A stretch of 64,000 bases of DNA. It comes from Stylophora pistillata. Taxonomy: Eukaryota. How positions within the stretch are numbered: position 1 is the stretch's first letter; each line of letters opens with the position of its first letter. The stretch is from positions 13,610-77,609 of the forward strand of contig NW_019217881.1 of NCBI RefSeq assembly GCF_002571385.2. Reading direction: 5' to 3'. Both the position numbers and the translations under genes were made by a program. The notes under the pieces were generated by a model. It searched no databases and was not told the DNA's origin. It was given only the letters and a program-made list of their open reading frames with translations. This document shows positions 38,401-64,000 of this stretch, in pieces.

Positions 38401-41400
38401 CGTCTCTCTCCTACGAAAATTTAGCAGGAGAGAAGAAGATATTTAAACAATCTACAATGCAGATACTAAATCCCGTGTGAAAACAACTGGCTTGAAATTT
38501 GATAAGAACGAAGAACAACCATTTTCCCTGCGTGCATTTTCAAATCAATCAACCATGTCATAATTCATTAAAAACAGCTAATTACTGTTTGTGTATACTA
38601 TCTCGAAGTGTTTCTCCGCCGGAAGGTGTCCTACTGGAAAAAAATGCATTGGAAGAGCTGAACGAGATTTCTCAGAGTTTAGATTGCGCGATATAGGGAA
38701 ATAGATAAAACCTCTTCCAACAGGATTTTTTGGTCTAAAAAGAAATGGAAAAGTCAGTAATTTATCCCTGGTATCTCAGCTTTGTATTGATACCAGTGAC
38801 AACCACTGGTTGCTGGGCAACAAATTGCCCGCAGGAGAGACATTAATATATAGCTTTCTTAATTACACTGATTTGTATCATTTGTGTTACAAAAAAGGAG
38901 CAGTATTTGATTCCTATCGAGCCATTTGTTTCAAGAATGTAGTTAGAATAAAATTTTCCATTTATTTTTAGGTGATATTTTGACTTCAATTTTAGCTTTT
39001 GTCCGAGTGGGAGTTTCTAATTTAAACTGAGGAACGGCGAAACAAAAAAGAATATGACGAAGTTATTGAAAAGCGTAATATCATAGGTAATCAATTGCGA
39101 AAAGGTGTCACGAAAGCTTGAACTGAAAGAGAAGGAGGTATTTGAAATTTTTTCTTGGCAAAAATCCAACAGTAGCTTGCATTTTAAAATATTTATTTGA
39201 TATTCGATCACAATTGTCCTTTACTTCTCTTTGAAAATATAGTCATAGAAAGCGTAGAACTTATAATTTTTGCCTCGATTTCTTAGAGAGGATTGGAAAC
39301 AAGGATAGATTTACGTATCCCAGGAATCTCTGCCGGCCCTCTCTTATCACTAACGTACTACTCTACACGACTGCGTTTGCGTCGCTCCCTCTATAACCGC
39401 ATTATGATTTGATAATTTTCTTTGGTCATAGCAGAAATATTATAGGCAATCCAAATATTTTCTGTAGCTCCACGACGAATCCCGGATCTATCTGTAAATC
39501 TGGTGCCTTGAGGATAAAGTGATAATCCTCCAAAATATCTTGGCGGAAATGTTGTCGTGTTGGAGGGTATGTGGACAAAGTAAGTCCGAACAATTAAGAG
39601 ATGATTTTGCCCGAAGAAACTGAATAAATGCATTTCTTCGGTCAAAATTCGATTTTTATATCAAAATATTAAAAAGTTCTATATTGCTATGTCGTTCTCT
39701 GCGTGGGTTTTAAATTGTAAATGGTTACTTTTTATGATATTTGATGGTGTTACTGTCAAACACTTCCCGCGGATGGTTTCATCCGAATCAGCTGCATTGA
39801 TATGTCTCCAGACATCTGACGCCAGCGGCGTTTCAGTTCCATTTTATTCTTAAGAAATGTTTACCCTTACTTTGTATTGGACCGGGGCAAAATAAACAAT
39901 TGTTAATTAAGTAAAATTGAGTTATCACCAAGTTCTTTCCTCTTCTTTCTTCCTTGAGGGAGGAAAAATCCGGGTCTGCAATAATTCTGCAACATTCTAC
40001 CCCGCGGAAAAAAGAAAACTGGTTATTGATAAGCTTGAGCCCGCGATGTTTCTAAGGAATGTTATTGAGAAACAAGACAGTACCGTGATTTTTATCATGG
40101 GTTTCATCAGAACTGAGGAGTGCTAAACCCACATAGTTGTGGAAGCCACTTGCATGAAAGGTTGACTCTCTTCTCGCTTTCTCCTCTTCGAGAGGCGATG
40201 TTAGATTCTGTGATCCACGTACGTAACACACTACATAAGAAATGAAAACTACTCTTGTGCTTTTCTTCAAATTTTATTACAGGGCGTTTTCTCTTCTAAA
40301 AGACTTCAGAGTTGCGCCTTAGGAAGCTCTCCTATCAGACCGTCTTTTAACACACTGGGTAGATCCTAAGTGTGAACTTTTGAAAGCTCTTATCGGTAGA
40401 TTTCCATTCTGATTTTCTAGTAGTACCTGGTGCAGGAATATATGAGATAACCCTGGTTTAAACACGACTGAAATCAGAAGAAACTGACTTGTGTAAATGT
40501 TTGTACGCGATATGTTAAAAAAGAAAACATCAAAGGTATGCGCCGGTTAGTGGTTTAAAAATAGTACTGACACATCCCTTCGACGAAAAGAAGAATGAAA
40601 GTACTGACTTTACAGAACACCTGTTGACTCAAGGAAGTACTTCAAAATACAACAATGTGTATACAAATCGGTTCGGAGAAAATGGAATCATCAAACACAG
40701 CCTTAAATTTATTTTCTAACAATTCAAGCTTGGTATGGGACTTTTTCGGCCATCTATACGTGTTCTGGATGACCCACTTAAATAATGTTAAAACTAATTA
40801 TCACGATAAATAAGTTCAGAAAAAAAAATGAACAAAAGGAGTTCAATTCAGTTAACTTATATCACTTCTACAACAGCGTTAACATGATCTGATTTTGGGA
40901 CTAGGACAAACACTAAATTACTCAGATCGACTCTAGTCTCTGTCGAGGTAAGTACCATAACTGATCTTGAGCACTCTTGGCAAAGTGGATTTTGAGCTTT
41001 TGAGAGACGGAATGTGTGACTAGAATATTGATTTCCATTAATCCTGGCTCACGGTTACCATTGTCTAATAGATTAAGATCACTATCTAAAGTAGTTACGT
41101 TTACAGAATGGTCAAGAAAGCATCATCCTGTAATTAGCAAAAACTCATTTAAGAAACAAGACTGCTTTAATGAACAACATTACCTTCAAAAGCATTTGCA
41201 TTTATACATTATATATTTAGCTATATATTTTGGCGGTTCTCGTAGAATCATCGAGCCCGTTCTGCTTAGATTTCCGCCGAAATATTGCTGTCGAAACTTC
41301 GTGTTACTTGAGAATATTCAGTGCTAACCGCAGGAAGTCAAACAGACCAATATACACCACACCGGAAATAGCAGACCACTTTAATAACCGCAAGACTGAT

Positions 41401-42172
41401 TGATTTATAACTTTGTTAGGAAACTGAAGTATTTTAAGGGTTTTTGCACTGTGGTCAAAACTATTTACTTTGGAGTGAGGACATGAGCATCGCTGGGTGT
41501 CTAAGGGTCAATTCACTAACCGGCCGAGATTAAATAACTTGTCCTCATTCAGTTTAAAACAACCTTCAACATTTACAAAATGCCGACAGGTTCTTTTTTA
41601 ACTTCGGATCTGAGGTAGGAAAGGTCGATAAATTTAAAAGAAGGCATGTAGAAGTTAATCTCTGATACAAATGAGCCAAAATTTATATCCGTTCGAGGAC
41701 AGATGGGAGAGATTTCAGGTTTTGTCCCCCATAGCTGACCACGCCTACAGATCCCTAAGCGCCCCCAGAATTGACGCATTAAATGAAAATCAACATTTCC
41801 TTAAAGGAAAAGGAGTGAACTTTTAGAAATCTCGAACAAGGCCGCTTTCTAGAATATCCTTTGTATTTCCCGCCTGTATCCGCAAGCCATACCTTCTCGT
41901 TTCCGATTGCTTCTGCCAGTTCTAATCATAAACTAATGGGCTTCATCTGCGCAGCCAAGTTTGGCCGAGGGGCGTGTGACGGGAGCCTGGGCCGGCTTCG
42001 TGCAGTGCGCAGAGGCCGTGGCACTTCATAATTTCCCGGCCTCCATGTTTGAAGCCGAGACACCAGCATTTGATTTTTGTGGTGTTTTGAGGAAAATTTT
42101 GCTGGAAATACAGAATTGAAGTACGGCAAGACGGCAGCACGGCTTCGGGCGGGCTGAAAGCACTCTTTGCCC

Positions 42173-54559
<12,387 letters not shown>

Positions 54560-55183
54560 GTTAGTGAAACTTCATATTGCTTATGATATTCAGTAACCTT
54601 AGCTGTAGAGAGGTGTACGTCATATTGGGATTCCTGTGGTAAAAAAAAAGGGAGGTTCTGGGTTTAAAAAAATGGGTTGACATTTGCAGAGAGCTTGATT
54701 GTCGTAAAATGGACAAGTTTTGCTCAACTTAAGTTACTAAATAGCAGAGTGGTTAAAATATTAAACAAGAAATACATTCTTAAAGTAGTTTTTAAAACTA
54801 CTTATACTGTGGAAGGGAGCCTGTAGAACGCTTGTGATTATGTTTTCCATTTTGCTGTTTGAAAGTTTTAACCCTTTTTTTTCAACTTCTTCCTTTGTTA
54901 TCCATTTTTACAAAGTCCTGTTTGACTATCTTTTGAGGGGTGTAATAGTAGGCATTGACTCAAGCGATGGACTCTGTTTGTACTCCAGGATTTAAGAATT
55001 AGCGTAAACTTGCCGTGAATCTGATATCGTTGTAAGCGGGAGTCGTCGTCGTCGTTGTAAGGATCGAAAATGTTGAAATTTTGGGAAAAGAGGAAGAGAG
55101 AAAAAGGTGGGGGTGGGAAAAGGGAAGAGAGAAAAAGGTGGGGGTGGGAAAAGGGAAGAGTTGGTTTTTTTCCTGCTGATGTT

Positions 55184-58100
55184 GCGGGATGGGTATTACG
55201 GCGCACAAAGCGCGCGTCTCAAACAATAGGCAGGGCCGCGTGGCATGTCCGCAAAATCCGAGAAAATGCGCGCTGGTGGCATGTTGAGAGGCCTGGCAAA
55301 GATGGGATACGTGGGCAGGGAGGCTGAAACTCACTGAGCTTTTAGTCCAGCGGGATGGGTATTACGGCGCACAAAGCGCGCGTCTCAAACAATAGGCACG
55401 GCCGCGTGGCATGCCCGCAAAATCCGAGAAAACGCGCGCTGGTGGCATGTTGAGAGCCCTGGCAAAGATGGGATACGTGGGCAGGGAGGCTGAAACTCAC
55501 TGAGCTTGTAGTCCAGCGGGATGGGTATTACGGCGCACAAAGCGCGCGTCTCAAACAATAGGCACGGCCGCGTGGCATGCCCGCAAAATCCGAGAAAACG
55601 CGCGCTGGTGGCATGTTGAGAGCCCTGGCAAAGATGGGATACGTGGGCAGGGAGGCTGAAACTCACTGAGCTTGTAGTCCAGCGGGATGGGTATTACGGC
55701 GCACAAAGCGCGCGTCTCAAACAATAGGCACGGCCGCGTGGCATGCCCGCAAAATCCGAGAAAACGCGCGCTGGTGGCATGTTGAGAGCCCTGGCAAAGA
55801 TGGGATACGTGGGCAGGGAGGCTGAAACTCACTGAGCTTGTAGTCCAGCGGGATGGGTATTACGGCGCACAAAGCGCGCGTCTCAAACAATAGGCACGGC
55901 CGCGTGGCATGCCCGCAAAATCCGAGAAAACGCGCGCTGGTGGCATGTTGAGAGCCCTGGCAAAGATGGGATACGTGGGCAGGGAGGCTGAAACTCACTG
56001 AGCTTGTAGTCCAGCGGGATGGGTATTACGGCGCACAAAGCGCGCGTCTCAAACAATAGGCACGGCCGCGTGGCATGCCCGCAAAATCCGAGAAAACGCG
56101 CGCTGGTGGCATGTTGAGAGCCCTGGCAAAGATGGGATACGTGGGCAGGGAGGCTGAAACTCACTGAGCTTGTAGTCCAGCGGGATGGGTATTACGGCGC
56201 ACAAAGCGCGCGTCTCAAACAATAGGCACGGCCGCGTGGCATGCCCGCAAAATCCGAGAAAACGCGCGCTGGTGGCATGTTGAGAGCCCTGGCAAAGATG
56301 GGATACGTGGGCAGGGAGGCTGAAACTCACTGAGCTTGTAGTCCAGCGGGATGGGTATTACGGCGCACAAAGCGCGCGTCTCAAACAATAGGCACGGCCG
56401 CGTGGCATGCCCGCAAAATCCGAGAAAACGCGCGCTGGTGGCATGTTGAGAGCCCTGGCAAAGATGGGATACGTGGGCAGGGAGGCTGAAACTCACTGAG
56501 CTTGTAGTCCAGCGGGATGGGTATTACGGCGCACAAAGCGCGCGTCTCAAACAATAGGCACGGCCGCGTGGCATGCCCGCAAAATCCGAGAAAACGCGCG
56601 CTGGTGGCATGTTGAGAGCCCTGGCAAAGATGGGATACGTGGGCAGGGAGGCTGAAACTCACTGAGCTTGTAGTCCAGCGGGATGGGTATTACGGCGCAC
56701 AAAGCGCGCGTCTCAAACAATAGGCACGGCCGCGTGGCATGCCCGCAAAATCCGAGAAAACGCGCGCTGGTGGCATGTTGAGAGCCCTGGCAAAGATGGG
56801 ATACGTGGGCAGGGAGGCTGAAACTCACTGAGCTTGTAGTCCAGCGGGATGGGTATTACGGCGCACAAAGCGCGCGTCTCAAACAATAGGCACGGCCGCG
56901 TGGCATGCCCGCAAAATCCGAGAAAACGCGCGCTGGTGGCATGTTGAGAGCCCTGGCAAAGATGGGATACGTGGGCAGGGAGGCTGAAACTCACTGAGCT
57001 TGTAGTCCAGCGGGATGGGTATTACGGCGCACAAAGCGCGCGTCTCAAACAATAGGCACGGCCGCGTGGCATGCCCGCAAAATCCGAGAAAACGCGCGCT
57101 GGTGGCATGTTGAGAGCCCTGGCAAAGATGGGATACGTGGGCAGGGAGGCTGAAACTCACTGAGCTTGTAGTCCAGCGGGATGGGTATTACGGCGCACAA
57201 AGCGCGCGTCTCAAACAATAGGCACGGCCGCGTGGCATGCCCGCAAAATCCGAGAAAACGCGCGCTGGTGGCATGTTGAGAGCCCTGGCAAAGATGGGAT
57301 ACGTGGGCAGGGAGGCTGAAACTCACTGAGCTTGTAGTCCAGCGGGATGGGTATTACGGCGCACAAAGCGCGCGTCTCAAACAATAGGCACGGCCGCGTG
57401 GCATGCCCGCAAAATCCGAGAAAACGCGCGCTGGTGGCATGTTGAGAGCCCTGGCAAAGATGGGATACGTGGGCAGGGAGGCTGAAACTCACTGAGCTTG
57501 TAGTCCAGCGGGATGGGTATTACGGCGCACAAAGCGCGCGTCTCAAACAATAGGCACGGCCGCGTGGCATGCCCGCAAAATCCGAGAAAACGCGCGCTGG
57601 TGGCATGTTGAGAGCCCTGGCAAAGATGGGATACGTGGGCAGGGAGGCTGAAACTCACTGAGCTTGTAGTCCAGCGGGATGGGTATTACGGCGCACAAAG
57701 CGCGCGTCTCAAACAATAGGCACGGCCGCGTGGCATGCCCGCAAAATCCGAGAAAACGCGCGCTGGTGGCATGTTGAGAGCCCTGGCAAAGATGGGATAC
57801 GTGGGCAGGGAGGCTGAAACTCACTGAGCTTGTAGTCCAGCGGGATGGGTATTACGGCGCACAAAGCGCGCGTCTCAAACAATAGGCACGGCCGCGTGGC
57901 ATGCCCGCAAAATCCGAGAAAACGCGCGCTGGTGGCATGTTGAGAGCCCTGGCAAAGATGGGATACGTGGGCAGGGAGGCTGAAACTCACTGAGCTTGTA
58001 GTCCAGCGGGATGGGTATTACGGCGCACAAAGCGCGCGTCTCAAACAATAGGCACGGCCGCGTGGCATGCCCGCAAAATCCGAGAAAACGCGCGCTGGTG

Positions 58101-58366
58101 GCATGTTGAGAGCCCTGGCAAAGATGGGATACGTGGGCAGGGAGGCTGAAACTCACTGAGCTTGTAGTCCAGCGGGATGGGTATTACGGCGCACAAAGCG
58201 CGCGTCTCAAACAATAGGCACGGCCGCGTGGCATGCCCGCAAAATCCGAGAAAACGCGCGCTGGTGGCATGTTGAGAGCCCTGGCAAAGATGGGATACGT
58301 GGGCAGGGAGGCTGAAACTCACTGAGCTTGTAGTCCAGCGGGATGGGTATTACGGCGCACAAAGCG
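55184..58366. repeat. 166-bp GC-rich tandem array, ~19.2 units
   Basis: ORF track recurs at exact 166-bp spacing. Units 2-19 look identical; unit 1 differs at 5 positions. Confidence 0.98.
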
Positions 58367-58381
58367 GGGGAAAATGGGAAG

Positions 58382-58402
58382 NNNNNNNNNNNNNNNNNNN
58401 NN
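58382..58402. other. Assembly gap (21 N)
   Basis: Run of N. Confidence 1.
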
Positions 58403-58473
58403 CAAACCAGTGGTGTGAAAATGTAAAAATGGCATGTCGCTTTGCCTGACAGCCTCGAATTGATAACACTTAC

Positions 58474-59626
58474 ATGGAGCGTCAACAGGCGTGCCTCCCA
58501 AATGAACTTTGAGCTTCCCCGGTTCTTTAGGGTCGGGTATGTAGGCATAACCCGTGATGTTCTTTCCCTCTCCTGTCGGTGTACGGAGTCTTTCACTGTT
58601 GAGAACGCCCACTTTTCCATCTTTCCTAAGTGTGTCTAAAATATTAGAAACAAGAGCAATTAAGAATTGGACTTGTGTTGCTTGTGGTATGCTTTTATTG
58701 ACAGTCTGTAAGAATAAATGTACACTTACAATCCGCTGTCACGCACACTGCGTCACGCTCAAAAGTTGCCATGACTGTGGGGTCGCCGTACATCTATTTA
58801 CAGGAAATAAGACAAAAAAAGAAGAAAACCACATGACGTCAGTAGAATGGAGTTTAAGAAATATTTACATAAACCAATATGGCAAATATTCGACGCAAGA
58901 ATCGTGCGATGTAGTAGCGCACGCTAAATCATATGCCTCCATAAACTTGCGTTTACCAATTAAACGATCACCTTCACATCAAGACTTCAACCACCATGAC
59001 ATCACATAACTCTGCTCAAAGACGAAAAAGCCAGCGGCGCTTGCAAATGAACTCTAAGATTTTGCTCAGTCTTCAGACGTTACGCTTGGGAGAACTTATA
59101 CAACAGCAGTACAATTATTGTACAATATTCCTTTCCGTTTTGGACAAAGGCCTTGTTACTGCACGGCATCCGAAAAACACTGTACCCCGGGTTACTGCAA
59201 AACCGTGCGTTATTTCCGAAGTATGGAGTATGAAAGGAATTTATTTAAAGGAATCACTTGTCTTTAGTCGTGCTGCAGCCCATAACGTCATGTTCAACAA
59301 GTTTTCTTCATTCAGGCTTTTGTCGTGTTGCGTGAATTAATGTTTCGAAGGAAATGTAAAACGACCTGATGAATGCTACTCAAAAGTTGTACAAGATACA
59401 TTTTTACGTAGATAAAACTCGTTAAGAAGTTGCATTAACAAAGTCTTCAACCTCAAGATATCCTAAAAGCTGTACCTATTGCATAATCATAGACACCAAT
59501 ATACCACACACAGGGCCTTACCTGATACCAGCGACCAAGATATTTTGTCACGTTCAATTTGGGCACGGTGTCTATTCCAAAAGCACAGTTGATAAATGCA
59601 GCAATTAGAAACACAGTGTACTTCAT
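58474..59626 (-). CDS. Apolipoprotein D-like lipocalin, copy A (last exon missing at the gap)
   Basis: Exons 59626-59522 (signal peptide + IDTVPKLNVTKYLGRWYQ), 58793-58730 (..AVCVTAD) and 58635-58474 (..GYAYIPDPKEPGKLKVHL). Confidence 0.85.
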
Positions 59627-60513
59627 GTCGACTTACGAAGAGCAACGCCACAAGCTAAGAACTTTTCACGTTTCAACGAGTGTGTGAAATGAACGCAAAC
59701 TTGGTTACCCAGGAGTTATGAAACACTATGCCTAAATATGGTAACATGTGGCGCAATGGTTGTGCGGCCTCCCGTTACATTATTTTTGCTTTTTCCATCC
59801 TCACCGAACAAGAGTAACCATTCGCCACTTTAAAATGACGAGACTGGCCGACGTCATAAATCTTGCATTTCTCTCCACAGGTAAAACTTGGATTGCCAAA
59901 AATGCATTTTGAGATATCTCTTTACTTGGCACAAGACTTACAGGTTTGTTTGCAGTTGCAGGCTGGAGGAAGCCTTGTAAACAACGATTACAAATAATTG
60001 AGCGAATGAGGGAGGAAGGCGATGTACAAACGGAAGCATATGTCTTGTGTCGGTAGAGAAAGATTTGAAACAGCTTCAAAACTTGAAATTCTTATTGCAT
60101 TGACAACTGCAGTTGCAAGAGAGCATAGTAAATTAACAACAAATTATTGAAATCATAGTTTATTTAGTCCATCTCTATTCATCTTCTATCTAATCGAGAT
60201 TTTTTATAACACCTATGATCGTAGATGCGATAAAGCTTGCCCATTCCTCTTTTCGTCTTCAACGGTTACAACACTTAAAAGCAGAATTTTCTTGATGGCT
60301 CTCAGTGATGGAGTTAATCAAACCTAATCGAATTAAAACTTAGACGTTTCATGGCTATAAGTCTTTTCACATTTTAAAGCGAGATTCATGTAACATTTTT
60401 TCTGGCTTGTAGTCGAGATATGGTGTATCGAAGCAAATCAAACCAGATCAAGTCATATGTTTTATTTTTCATTCCTATACCTCTTTTCATCTTCAAAGCT
60501 ACAACCGACTTGT

Positions 60514-62254
60514 CTATTCATATCGAAGAAATTCTTTCATTGTCTGATAAGGAGAGGGTCTTTTAGCTCCGTACAAACATTTCTTGTCCTGTAATGTGGC
60601 CACAGGCTTGTTATATAAGTGAGTAAAGCCATTTTCCGCCAGAAAGCTTTTCACTTCCTCGTCATATTGGTTTCTAAATGTTTCTACATCTCTCGTCAAC
60701 ACAAACAGCATAATCTGCGTGCTATCTGTGACAACAGAGTACTGGTAAAGACCTTCTACACCAAAAGTAGGGGGTCCTAGTTTCACCACCCAGTCTGTGA
60801 AGAAAAACACGTTTCTGTTTATAAGCCTTATCTCGTCCGTAAATAAATAAAAATTCAAATTATTTACATTTCCACATCGGTAGACTGGTGACCAGTGAAC
60901 GGGCTACAGTAACTAAGTATTGCGATTTCAGTGTTAATGCAAGTTTGCGCGCGTTTGTGGGAAATTTTCAGTCATTGCTTTTTGCATTGCGGTGTTCAGA
61001 GATGCACAGTCCCTCTCGTTCGTTCGTTCTCGTCCAGGCATGATTGTTCGGATCGTCCCCTCACACCTCAACTAATCATATAAGATAAGTTCAAGGAAAA
61101 CGCTGCATCGGTTTATTTGCGTAACAGCTTCGCGTCCTTGACACTTACATGAACCGAGGAAAGGTACGCCGTCCAGATGGAGTGTGAGCTTTCCTGGTTC
61201 TTTAGGGTCGGTCATGTAGGCGTAACCAGTGATACTGCTTTCCTCTCCTGTCGGTGTATAGAGTCTCCCTCTGTTCAAAACTCCAATTTTTCCATCTTTC
61301 CGGAGTGAATCTGAAAATAGTTTAAGTTAGAACAATTTGAAATTGGACTTTGGTGGCCACTGGTTGGGTAGTCAATAACACTTACAATCCGCTGTCACGC
61401 AAACTGCGTTTCGCTCAGAAGTTTCCATAACTGCGGGGTCAGCATACATCTGTTCACACGCAGGAGAAAAGAATAAAGAAAATGAAATTGAATGACGTCA
61501 AAGGGAATGTGTTGATGAAAAATTTCACTCTATGACGCGCGTGTGGGAATGATCGCTTGATTTACGTGCGCAAAAAACGTGAATCAAAGAATTAGGTACT
61601 ACTTTAACGTGACGGCCACCGCATTATGTAACACTGCTTCAAAAATGAGAAACGAGCGGCATTTGCGGACGAACTTAGATACTTAAAGTTTTCGCCAGAC
61701 TGTCATTACTGTACGTCGATTCCACTAATTTTGCAGGGTATATACAGTAGCTAATTAATTTTTTGTACAAAGCAAAGGATTTGTTAACTTTCCATCGGCC
61801 ATTACCCGCATCAGACAAAAGTACAAATTAAACGACGGCTTTTTGCTAACCAGCGAGTAAAGTTTATGGTATGAAGCACGCATCATTTTTAGCATGCCTT
61901 TTTTTCCTTGTAGCGCATTGAGTCATACACATGTATTCAGTTATATCGACCACGTTTTCCGGTGCAAATTAATAGTTTTTAACGGCATCGTATATCCCTG
62001 ATAAATTCTTATAAAAGGTTTTTGACATATGATACTACACAGTAAAAGCATTATGAAACGTTGCGTTGAAAAATACTTCGTCCCTTAAAGTAGTCCACAA
62101 GCTGAACATGCGGTTACATAATCATGAACACCATAGTCTATGCCTTTACCTGATACCAACGTCCAAGATATTTTGTCACATTTAAAGAAGGGACGGTGTC
62201 TATCCCAAAAGCACAGCTAAGAAATGCAGCCATAAGAAACACAGTGTACTTCAT
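60514..62254 (-). CDS. Apolipoprotein D-like lipocalin, copy B (complete, 4 exons)
   Basis: MKYTVFLMAAFLSCAFG signal peptide; lipocalin SCR1 KYLGRWYQ; CVTA; GKLTLHL; YWVV..YQYSVV; LFVLTRD; C-terminal Cys. Confidence 0.88.
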
Positions 62255-62581
62255 GTTGTCTTCTGAGGGGCAACGCCTTGGGCTTAATGCTACGAGTTCC
62301 GCTGCGTGTGTGTAGAGGAAGAAAGATTCGTAACCCCGGGGTTTATATGAATCACTATTTCTAAATATGGTAACATGTAGCGCAATGGTTGTGCGACCCG
62401 CCTCTCGTTCCATGGTTTTTTTGTTTTTCAACGCGGTAGGGCATTCTCATCTTTGATTGTGTAGATCGCAAACGCCTTAATATTCTTTTTCGGTTGTTTA
62501 TTGTTCTTGTACAAATAGTGCTAGTTGTAGTAAGATTTTGTGTGCGCTTTCTTTGTCATTAGGTAACGTTACGTAATCTAC

Positions 62582-63735
62582 CATATACATACATACATAA
62601 ACTTTATTTTTTCCCGAATTTAAGAGTTGCTTGTAAAAGACTAATTTTTCCTAGAGAAAAATAACAAATAACAAAAGAAATCGGCATAATATAGAATGAC
62701 ATTATAAAATACAATCCTGTGGCATATTTATAATTAACGGCTGAAATGAAACAAATAGATATACTGAATATTAAAAAATACAATATGAATTCAATTACAA
62801 TATGTTCTAATATTACATCAATTTAAGGCTAGCTAATGCTTTTTTAAAGTCATTATGGTTCAGGGTTCGAACATTGTCCGGTAGTGAATTCCATAGTTTA
62901 ACGGCATGACAAGAAAAAGAGCAAAGGTCATAAGAAGTAGTGTTAGCAAGAGGGAGTTTCAGAACGTAGTTACGGCGTAAATTATAAGTGGTATTACGAA
63001 AAGTAAACATATTCCTCATGTAGATAGGATACTTAGTTAGAAATAAACTTTTCTCAAGTAAAATTAACATATTGTGTATACGTCTGTTATATAAAGAAAC
63101 ACAGTTCACTTTGTCCAATAAAGTATTATACGTAGATTCAACATCATTTAGATTGAACCTTAGACTTCTTTTATTAAGAGCATCTAGTTTCTCGGTGTTT
63201 CGTACACAACAGAAATGCCTCACCGATGAACAATACTGAAAGTGCGGTAAGATGAAGGCCTTATACAATTTGACCAAAGTGGCTTTAGAGATCAGTTTTC
63301 TAAATCTTATCATGACATTTAACTGATTATTAATCTTTTTGTATATCGAAGATACGTGTTTATCAAACTGTAGTTTGTTGTCAATGTTCATACCAAATAT
63401 GTCGATGGACTGTTTCACTGGAAAGGAGAATTTATACTCCGTATCACCAAGGATCAAGGCCTGATGTTTAGTTTCGTTGACAGTCATACCATTGTCATTT
63501 TTCCATTGATTTGCCTTTTCAACTTCCTAATTACATAAGCATTCTTCAAGTGCAATCGGATCTTTGTCTGAGTAATATATTTGATGGTCGTTAGCATACG
63601 CATTTAGCTTAGCTCTCGTTATATGATAGAAGAGATCGTTAACAAATATATTAAAAAAGAATCGGGCCTAAGACACTACCGTGAGGCACTCCACGCTTAG
63701 CACTGTTCCATGACGAGAACGTGTATATTTAAACC
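62582..63735 (-). mobile_element. L2/CR1-group LINE, 5'-truncated, with RT domain remnant
   Basis: GVPHGSVLGP, FNIFVND, degenerate YADD (YAND), LYKAFILPHFQYCS, KLWNSLPDNVR; aataaa-(tatg)n tail at ~62582-62610. Confidence 0.88.
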
Positions 63736-64000
63736 GTATTGTTCATCGTAGTTTGTGCAGTTTTTTTCCACTGAGTTTTACCCAGTGCAGTTTTGTCTAT
63801 TTTGTCATTCGTTTCGTGCAGCTCGCTCGCCGCCAGGCAGGGATTAACAATATCACAACAAATGTAGATTTTGTATTATGTAGTTCAGTTTTCGTCGTTG
63901 TTTTCGTTGTACCTTTCCTAGTGTATTTAGTTTAGTTTCTATTGTAATAGGTTTTCATTCGCCGTTTTATTTGCAGTTTTAACCGTGTCGTGTCGTTTCG

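Noticed and set aside
55184-58366. CRISPR array, or tandem 93-aa genes / 5S / tRNA / ribozyme units
   Set aside because: There are no unique spacers and no cas genes. 166 is not a multiple of 3, so the ORFs are by-products of the repeat. I found no Pol III boxes and no hammerhead or HDV core in the monomer.
63740-64000. Start of an LTR or another element
   Set aside because: T-rich sequence cut by the window edge, with no diagnostic motif.

Overview
Intron-rich animal genomic DNA. The repeat families and gene structure suggest a stony coral (inferred, not proven). Gene order: a 4-coumarate-CoA-ligase/firefly-luciferase-like acyl-CoA synthetase (-, runs off the left edge); RalGAP alpha subunit (-, interrupted by an N gap); RCC1 (+, head-to-head with RalGAP); XRCC3 (-); a repeat-rich/regulatory region; MARK/PAR-1 kinase (+, 3' end missing); a ~19-copy, almost invariant 166-bp GC-rich tandem array ending at a second gap; two tandem apolipoprotein-D-like lipocalins (-); and a LINE RT fragment. 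Introns carry MITEs, SINEs, LINE 3' ends and Penelope-type ends with minimal hammerhead motifs. The most interesting observations are: (1) the single U12-type intron of RalGAP alpha holds a second U12 5' splice site 177 nt downstream of the first, with a ~113-nt branched hairpin between them that folds better on the pre-mRNA strand; (2) MARK has Ser instead of Thr at the LKB1 activation-loop site; (3) the 166-bp array has a Helentron/HINE-like left flank. All exon boundaries were read by eye.
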